Shown in pieces: positions 41,778 to 49,508 of a stretch of 64,000 nt of DNA. The translations under genes and the position numbers were made by a program. The notes beneath the pieces were generated by a model, which was given only the letters and a program-made list of their open reading frames with translations, was not told the DNA's origin and did not search any database. Source of the DNA: Octopus vulgaris (taxonomy: Eukaryota). Positions within the stretch are counted from its first letter, which is position 1, and every line of letters starts with the position of its first letter. The stretch is from NCBI GenBank assembly GCA_951406725.2, contig OX597819.1:744001-808000 (forward strand), read 5' to 3'.

Positions 41778-42494
41778 AATTTAAATTTAAAATGAGGGTA
41801 AGAAATTAGATATTAGTTTAATTAACATCGATTTCACACCAGTGGTCTAGCATATAAAAAAACTGAAGTTTCCGTAAAATTGTATTACATACAAATTAGA
41901 GGGAAACCACAATTTGAACACCCATATGCTAGAAATAGATCCGCTATGGTCTTACCACTAAGAAATGTTCCCAAGAAAAATTGAACAAAACAACCAAAAT
42001 GTAATCGAGCAAGACAAAAGAAAAAGCAATAAAAATATGGATTCTTCACATACATGCTTCACTATTATATTAAAACTTTCTCTAACCGGCAAAGGCCACT
42101 GCAGTAAAGTATTTTCTGCAGCATCATTTTTTTCCAGTAGTTTAGCGTGCCAAAACAAGGACATTTGAAAGAGTAATCACAGGTGTAATGGGTAGAACTG
42201 TTTACAAGTATGACTTTGTGCGGATGTTCTAGTGTGCAGTCCTGCAAATTATATTCATTTGGACGGTCACATCGATGATCTACGGATATTTATGTAAGTA
42301 AATTATGTAATATGTTAATAGTGAAACATGTATGCGAATAATCCATATTTTTATTGCTTTTTCTTTTGTCTTGCTCGATTACATTTTGGTTGGTTGGCTA
42401 AATTTTTCTTGAGAACATTTCTTCCTGGGAAGACCATAGCGGATCTATTTCTAGCATATAGGTGTCCACATAATGGTTTCCCTCTAATATGTAT
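41770..42494. mobile_element. Non-coding element with ~180-bp inverted arms and a hammerhead-like motif, inserted in a (TA)n SINE tail
   Basis: 41888-42070 is the reverse complement of 42315-42494; TCACA-TCGATGA-...-GAAA-CATG-TA-TGCGA at about 42267-42338. Confidence 0.55.
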
Positions 42495-43084
42495 ATATAT
42501 ATGATTGTGCTTCTTTCAGTTTCTATCTGACAAATCCACTCACAAGGCATTGGTCCACCTGGGGCTATAATAGAAGGCACTTGCCAAAAGTGTTGTACAG
42601 TAGGATTGAATCTGAAACCATGTGATTAGGAAATAAACTTCAAAACCACACAGCCACACCTGTGCATAGCCATACCTCTGCATATACAAAAAAAGAAAAA
42701 AAAAACAGAAATCATTATCTGGAATTTAAAATTACTTATCAGTTTAATAACTTGAATATACTGGATTTAATTTTTTCTGTATTATTTCAGGAGTAAATTT
42801 AGTATTACAAATGACAGTTATCTTTTATCATTTATTTGTTTCAGTCATTTGACTGTGGCTATGCTGGGGCATAGGGTTTTAGTTGAACAAATCGACCACA
42901 GCACTTATTTTTCTAAGCCTAGTACTTATTCAATCATTCTCTTAGCTGAACTGTTAAGTTATAGGGACATAAACACACCAACACTGATTGTCAAGCCGTG
43001 GTGGTGGTGGTGGGGGTGGGGGGCAAACACAGACACAAAGACAGACAGACACACACACACCACACGCACACACACACACACACC

Positions 43085-43130
<46 letters not shown>

Positions 43131-43882
43131 ATGATGAGCTTCTTTAAGTTTGCGTCTACCAGATCTACTCACAAGGCCTTAGTAGGCCTGAGGCTATAGT
43201 AGAAGTCACTTGTCCAAGGTACCACTTAGTAGGACTGAACCCAGAATCGTGTTGTGAAGCAAGCTTCTTAGCATACAACCATGCTTGTACCTCTACAGTC
43301 ACTTATGTGTCATATCATTTCCCTGTACTGAGTTCACAATTTAATGGGGGTTGAATTTCTACTCTTTTGAAGTAGAAAAAAATAAGTGCTATTCTGGAAT
43401 AGTGTCAATGCATATTATATACAAATTAAAAAAGATATCAATCAATGTGAGAAATTGATATTTTAAACAATAACTTTTTTTAAGGATTCCAAAGTATCAG
43501 ATTAGAAATAGTTTAATTTTTTAAAATATTTCCTCACATACCAAAGCAACCTCTAATCTAAAAAGGTAATACAGATTGCTGTTATGATAATATACATCAG
43601 TTGTAATTCCCTGAGAAGATACACACACACACACACACATGTGTGTGTATATGTGTGTGTGTATATATGTATATATATACATTCATACATACATATGTAC
43701 ATACATACATTATATGCATAACTAGATGTATATAATGTATATGTGTAAATATGTGCATATATGCATATATATATATATATATATATAATATAAGTATGTA
43801 TATATGAGTGCATATATTTATATATGTATTTATATATATATACAAACATGAATGCATGTATGTATATATATATCTATGTCTA

Positions 43883-43929
<47 letters not shown>

Positions 43930-44053
43930 ATATATATATACACATATATATACATACATACATAAATATACATACATAAATATATATATGTATGTATATA
44001 CGTGTATATTTATGCATATACATATATATGCTTTATATATGTATATGAATATA

Positions 44054-44098
<45 letters not shown>

Positions 44099-44113
44099 AT
44101 ATATATATTGTAT

Positions 44114-44165
<52 letters not shown>

Positions 44166-44169
<4 letters not shown>

Positions 44170-44385
44170 ATTTAGGAATGGTCATTTAGCCAGTTTAGCC
44201 AATAAAAACACACGCACTATATATTCGGCGTTATTTTGCTTCAGTGATATTTATTTTTTACATTAATCTTAATCTTATTTCGGCCAGAGTTCTTTCGTCA
44301 CACTTCTGTGACCCCATCAGTGGTCCTTTGCTTTCTTCTTTCTTATTTGTGTGTCTCTCCTTACTAACCGTCAGCCATTTTGTAT
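44166..44385 (-). mobile_element. Solo Penelope-like terminal repeat fragment (copy of 49034-49251) with a hammerhead variant at 44282-44326
   Basis: Near identity to 49034-49251; GGACCA-CTGATGGG-GTCACA(GAAG)TGTGAC-GAAA-GAAC-TC-TGGCC. Confidence 0.75.
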
Positions 44386-44490
44386 ATAAATATACATACA
44401 TACATAAATGTATATATGTATGTATATATATACATGTATATTTATGCATATACATATATATGCTTTATATATGTATATGAATATATATAT

Positions 44491-44765
44491 TGTGGTGTGG
44501 TGATGAGGGAGTGTGACAGAGCGGGAGGGAGCGGAAGTGGGTCTTGCAGGACTCGCAGGGTGCATGCGCCGGCAGAAACAGAAGTGAGAGACAGAACGCA
44601 CGTGCGGCATCGACCAGGACAGAGAGACTTGAGAACGACGCCAAGACGAGAAGACGCTAGCAAGTTGGCTCAAGGCGAATCCGGTTTCATCTCTGCAGGT
44701 AAGACCAAATTACACTTCTAATTCTTTCCTTGTTCTGTTACGCTCCTTTCACCACACATATTACA
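44491..44765 (+). repeat. 5' LTR
   Basis: TGTGGTGTGGTG...CACATATTACA; 7 substitutions versus the 3' LTR by manual comparison. Confidence 0.95.
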
Positions 44766-44777
44766 AGCTATTTCGGC
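44766..44777 (+). other. Non-canonical primer-binding site complementary to the 5' end of tRNA-Phe
   Basis: AGCTATTTCGGC is the reverse complement of GCCGAAATAGCT (nt 1-12 of metazoan tRNA-Phe-GAA) and directly abuts the LTR. Confidence 0.75.
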
Positions 44778-44818
44778 AAAATAATCACTCGGTTTCGTAA
44801 AAAAAAAAAAAAAAAATT

Positions 44819-45574
44819 ATGCAGACTGCTATGATTTCACGCGACCCTATAACACCGTTTTGCGGCGACACCGACGTGGTCGCTTGGTTGAGGAGGATAA
44901 AATTGGTGGCGAAGCTACACGGCATAGCTGACCTGGCTAGTTTTATGCCGTTGTATTTGGATGGCCCGGCGTTGGCGTTATATCTGGAGTTGGAGGAGAC
45001 GGACCAACGCAGCGCGGACAAGGTGGAGATCCGACTTATGGAGGCCTTCGCGGAAGGAATGTTTGAAGCGTACACTCGACTGGGTAGAATGAGGTGGACA
45101 GGACAGCAGGTGGACGTGTTCGCCGGCGAGCTGAGAAGGTTGGCAAAACTTGCGGGATATGAGGGAGAGTCGCTAGAACGCACGGTCAGGTTAGCGTTCG
45201 TGACCGGCTTTCCCGACATCATGTCGGTCGAGCTACAGAAGCTCCTGAACGTGCGTTCGATGCCGATGGCCGAGATTATATCGCGGGCACGTGTACTGGT
45301 GTCGTGCAGCAGGTTGACGTCGGTAGCAGCGACTGCAACATCGAAAAGTGGCCCAGCTAGGAGCAACGGAGAGGGGCTGGGGAAAGAACGCGTGCGATCG
45401 TTTAAGGGACAGTGTTTCCGGTGCCAGGGCCCATACATGGTCCGCGACTGCGCGTCGCCCAAGCCCGAGGTGATTTGCTACCGGTGTCGAGAGCCGGGGC
45501 ATGTGGCCAGCGAGTGTCTGCGGGGAAACGGACCGCGGGAGACTACTGCGCCGGTAGTTGTCCCTTTGGATTAG
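44819..45574 (+). CDS. gag: Gag protein with two zinc knuckles
   Basis: 251-aa ORF; CFRCQGPYMVRDC (degenerate) and CYRCREPGHVASEC. Confidence 0.9.
   Translation: MQTAMISRDPITPFCGDTDVVAWLRRIKLVAKLHGIADLASFMPLYLDGPALALYLELEETDQRSADKVEIRLMEAFAEGMFEAYTRLGRMRWTGQQVDVFAGELRRLAKLAGYEGESLERTVRLAFVTGFPDIMSVELQKLLNVRSMPMAEIISRARVLVSCSRLTSVAATATSKSGPARSNGEGLGKERVRSFKGQCFRCQGPYMVRDCASPKPEVICYRCREPGHVASECLRGNGPRETTAPVVVPLD
45523..45565 (+). other. -1 programmed ribosomal frameshift signal
   Basis: G GGA AAC heptamer in the gag frame, 7-nt spacer, hairpin GGGA-GACTACTG(CGC)CGGTAGTT-G-TCCC; pol is -1 relative to gag. Confidence 0.8.
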
Positions 45575-48207
45575 TAGCGGCGCGTTTCTCATCGTTACCT
45601 GTGGTCGACATTCTGGTGAAGGGGAAGATGTCGCGAGCCCTGGTGGACCTGGGCTGTACGACGACCCTGATGACCACAGAAGTGGCAGAGACGTGGAGTG
45701 GAGGAAGCAGTGTCAGGGCAGTCGACGGAAGAGAAGTGCACTGCGAAGGGGTTACGGATGCGCAGATTGTGGTGCAGGGACTGCAGCTGACGTTGCGAGC
45801 GATTGTGGTCGGTCACTTGGTGGACGAGATCGACGTGGTGATGGGGATGGATGCGATCACCCGTCTGGGAGGTGTTACCGTCAACGAGGCTGGTGTTACG
45901 TTTGGGCTAGCAGGGAAGCCGTGTAGGGCGAGACCACGCACCGACAACAACCGTGAGGAAATGGATGCGGCGCACACCATTGAAGACCAGGATTTTCGGG
46001 CTGTCTTTGATGGCGAGAGGTGGACAGTGGAGTGGCACTGGAAGGGAGAGCCCCCGATGTTAAAGAACAAAGTGGGCTGCTATCAGCATACTCTAAAAGG
46101 AGATGCCAGAAGTGAGTTCGAGGGGGAGGTGGAGCGGTGGATTAAGGAGGGCATACTGATCCCCTGGGAAAAAGAAGAGAGTGGAGTCCTGCCACTGATG
46201 GCGGTGATACAGCCCACAAAGCGTAAGGTCAGGCCAGTGCTCGACTTCCGAGAGCTGAATGACCACGTGTCGTGTCATACAGGTGGCGAGGCCACGGATG
46301 TCTGCGGAGACACCTTGCGAGAGTGGAGGCAGACGGCGGGGGCCTCCATGATTGTTGATTTAAAGTCGGCATACCTTCAGGTTCATGTAGCTGAGAAACT
46401 ATGGAGGTACCAGCTCGTCAGGTATAGGGGCCGGACGTACTGTCTGACCAGGTTGGGATTCGGGCTGAATTCAGCTCCGAAGATTATGGCAACAATTCTC
46501 AAGGCCGTCCTGGGGAAGGTGGACAGAGTAAAAAGGGCCACCAATTCATACATCGACGACATTCTGGTGGATGAAACCGTGATACCAGCAACGGAGGTCA
46601 TAGGCCACCTGAAGAGTTTGGGACTGATCGCCAAGCCGCCAGAGGCTATGGAGGGAGGTGCTGCACTGGGCCTCAAGCTATGGAGAGACAAAGCCGGCGC
46701 CTTGGTGTTCCGGCGAGGGAATGAGATCCCTGAACTGGGTGCCAGCATGAGTAGACGGGAGCTGTTCTCTGTGTGTGGGAAGCTGGTGGGACACTACCCG
46801 ATTGCAGGCTGGCTCCAGACAGCATGCAGCTTCATCAAGAGACGAGCCGAAGGAGTGAAGTGGAATGATAAAGTGGGGGAGAGGACGATCGACATGATGC
46901 AGGAAGTCCTGGTCAGAGTAGGAGCAGAGGACCCGGTGAGGGGCAGCTGGTATGTTCCCAAATCAAAGAGCGGGATCGTATGGTGTGACGCCAGTAGCAT
47001 CGCAATAGGGGTTGTCTTGGAAGTGGGAGGTGTCACGGTGGAAGATGCGGCCTGGCTCAGGAAGATGGATGACTGCAGTCACATCAACGTGGCGGAGTTG
47101 GAAGCCGTGCTGAAGGGGGTGAACCTAGCCTTGAAGTGGGGGTTGCACACCATAGAAATCAGGACTGATTCAGCCACTGTACTTGGTTGGGCGACGGCAG
47201 TCATCACCGATGAGCGGAGGGTGCGGACCAAAGGGGCTGCAGAGATGCTGGTAAAGCGTCGATTGGGGATACTGCGTGAACTGACCACTGAGTTCAATCT
47301 GAAGCTGAGCGTGATCTTTGTGCCTTCCGAGAAGAACAGGGCAGACGTCCTGACCAGGGTTAAGCGAGCCTGGTTGCAAGTGCCAGAGGATGCGAAGCAG
47401 GATGTAGCTGCAGTATGCCATCTGAGCGACTCGGAGTTGCGGAGACTGCACACCATGCATCACATGGGTGTGGACAGGACGTTGTTCCTGGCCGGGAAAG
47501 TCGACTCCGATGTAACAAGACAGAGCGTGCGGAGAGTGGTTAGCAGTTGTGACAGGTGCCAGTCCATCGACCCTGCTCCGGTCGTGCATGAAGCAGGAAG
47601 TATTCCAGTAGACCAGGACTGGAGACGACTGGCGGTGGACATAACACACTACCGGCAGGGGACATACCTCTCAATGGTTGACTGCGGACCGGGGCGGTTC
47701 ACCATATGGAGGGAGATGAGGTCAGGAACCGCAGAAGAAATTGAGAAAGTGCTGAAAGTGTTGCCCAGATCAGGACAAGCCGAGGAGTCGGTGCCACACA
47801 GGGCAATATTCAGGTACGAGTGGAGGCATCCGTGTACTACATCAATGCGACCCGGGGCAGAGGAAGAGCACGCCTTCGTGCAGGTCGGGGAGGAAGTCTG
47901 GGTAAAACCCCCGAACGCACGGTGTACATCGCAATGGGGAAAGGGGACAATAACCTCCGTAAATTCAAAGAATAACATCTCGGTAGATGGTATGCCACGC
48001 CACGTTTTGGACATACGGAGGATTGTCCATGCCCCGGAGGATGGGACAAGCAACAGTGGGCAAGACGATAACAACAGACAGGATGACGAGGTCAGCAGCA
48101 ACACGCCAGAAACAAGTCCTAGGGTCGCACTGCGACCACAGAGGGAGCGGCACCCTCCTCCCTGGTTGGCTGACTACGAAACCAGTTTCAGGTGCGGGAG
48201 CGAGTGA
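45529..48207 (+). CDS. pol: Pol polyprotein: aspartic protease, RT, RNase H, truncated integrase
   Basis: ALVDLGC (PR), DLKSAYLQ and SYIDDIL (RT), CDASS...HINVAELEAV...RTDS...NRADVLTR (RH), H-x3-H...CDRC and LAVDITH (IN). Confidence 0.93.
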   Translation, partial: RTAGDYCAGSCPFGLVAARFSSLPVVDILVKGKMSRALVDLGCTTTLMTTEVAETWSGGSSVRAVDGREVHCEGVTDAQIVVQGLQLTLRAIVVGHLVDEIDVVMGMDAITRLGGVTVNEAGVTFGLAGKPCRARPRTDNNREEMDAAHTIEDQDFRAVFDGERWTVEWHWKGEPPMLKNKVGCYQHTLKGDARSEFEGEVERWIKEGILIPWEKEESGVLPLMAVIQPTKRKVRPVLDFRELNDHVSCHTGGEATDVCGDTLREWRQTAGASMIVDLKSAYLQVHVAEKLWRYQLVRYRGRTYCLTRLGFGLNSAPKIMATILKAVLGKVDRVKRATNSYIDDILVDETVIPATEVIGHLKSLGLIAKPPEAMEGGAALGLKLWRDKAGALVFRRGNEIPELGASMSRRELFSVCGKLVGHYPIAGWLQTACSFIKRRAEGVKWNDKVGERTIDMMQEVLVRVGAEDPVRGSWYVPKSKSGIVWCDASSIAIGVVLEVGGVTVEDAAWLRKMDDCSHINVAELEAVLKGVNLALKWGLHTIEIRTDSATVLGWATAVITDERRVRTKGAAEMLVKRRLGILRELTTEFNLKLSVIFVPSEKNRADVLTRVKRAWLQVPEDAKQDVAAVCHLSDSELRRLHTMHHMGVDRTLFLAGKVDSDVTRQSVRRVVSSCDRCQSIDPAPVVHEAGSIPVDQDWRRLAVDITHYRQGTYLSMVDCGPGRFTIWREMRSGTAEEIEKVLKVLPRSGQAEESVPHRAIFRYEWRHPCTTSMRPGAEEEHAFVQVGEEVWVKPPNARCTSQWGKGTITSVNSKNNISVDGMPRHVLDIRRIVHAPEDGTSNSGQDDNNRQDDEVSSNTPETSPRVALRPQRERHPPPWLADYETSFRCGSE

Positions 48208-48243
48208 GGAAGCCGGTTCAGTGATCTATAGATCAGGGGGGCG

Positions 48244-48518
48244 TGTGGTGTGGTGATGAGGGAGTGTGACAGAGCGGGAGGGAGTGGAAGTGGGTCTTGC
48301 AGGTCTCGCAGGGCGCATGCGCCGGCGGAAGCGGAAGTGAGAGACAGAACGCACGTGCGGCATCGACCAGGACAGAGAGACTTGAGAACGACGCCAAGAC
48401 GAGAAGACGCTAGCAAGTTGGCTCAAGGCGAATCCGGCTTCATCTCTGCAGGTAAGACCAAATTACACTTCTAATTCTTTCCTTGTTCTGTTACGCTCCT
48501 TTCACCACACATATTACA
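48244..48518 (+). repeat. 3' LTR
   Basis: Direct repeat of 44491-44765. Confidence 0.95.
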
Positions 48519-48553
48519 TATATATATATATATATGAATATATATATATATAG

Positions 48554-48585
<32 letters not shown>

Positions 48586-48686
48586 ATGTATGTATGTTTC
48601 TATATATATATATGCATTCATACATACAAACATACATTATATACATAACTAGATGTATATAATATATGTGCAAATATGTATGTGTA

Positions 48687-48746
<60 letters not shown>

Positions 48747-48756
48747 GGATAAATGA

Positions 48757-49023
48757 ATTATCTTGTTACGGATTATTCAAATTATAACCGATACCTGGGT
48801 AGCAAAAATCACAACGGAAAGATCACGGTTGAGGTTACGACCATGGGGTATCGCAACCGTGCCTTAGTGCGGATAATTGAAGTTTTATATATTTAGTGAG
48901 GGAAGAAATGGAGCTGAACGAAGATTTTACAAAATTCCTTTTTATTATTTTCTACATATGTTTCAAAGGCTGCAAATTCCCTAATTCGGATTGAATAAGG
49001 AGACCATTTTGCAGCTTTCTGCA
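48757..49023 (-). mobile_element. Fragment of a hammerhead-containing repeat; ribozyme truncated at its 5' side
   Basis: Minus strand AAGCTGCAAA...TTTGCAGCCTTT-GAAA-CATATG-TA; shares TTTTTGCTACCCA with the 491-bp unit. Confidence 0.5.
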
Positions 49024-49033
49024 ATATATATAT

Positions 49034-49477
49034 TTGTATTTAGGAATGGTCATTTAGCCAGTTTAGCCAATAAAAACACACGCACTATATATTTGGTGTT
49101 ATTTTGCTTCAGTGATATTTATCTTTTACATTAATCTTAATCTTATTTCGGCCAGAGTTCTTTCGTCACACTCCTGTGACCGCATCAGTGGTCCTTTGTT
49201 TTCTTCTTTCTTATTTGTGTCTCTCCTTATTAACCGTCAGCCATTTTGTATTTCTATTGTATGTCTTCATTTGCGCATGCTTATATCTCTATGTGCGTCT
49301 ATGTTTAGTTAGTGTGTGTGTAGGGGGAGATGCCTGTAATATTTGTATCTTCTGTTTATATACATTCGTGTAATTTGTTTTTGTTTATTCTTATTTTGTT
49401 CATGTGTTTACACCCACTTATTATTATCATCATCATCATCATTATTATTATTATTATTATTATTATTGTCATTATTA

Positions 49478-49508
<31 letters not shown>

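Larger units (their letters stand above)
44491..48518 (+). mobile_element. LTR retrotransposon (gag, PR-RT-RH-IN), atypical lineage, integrase internally deleted
   Basis: Two 275-bp LTRs (TGT...ACA), PPT AGGGGGGCG before the 3' LTR, open gag and pol, flanks TAT|TGT...ACA|TAT in (TA)n. Confidence 0.96.

Noticed and set aside
44380-44721. ORFs in the LTRs and antisense ORFs over gag/pol
   Set aside because: Expected by-products of high GC content; no recognisable domain.
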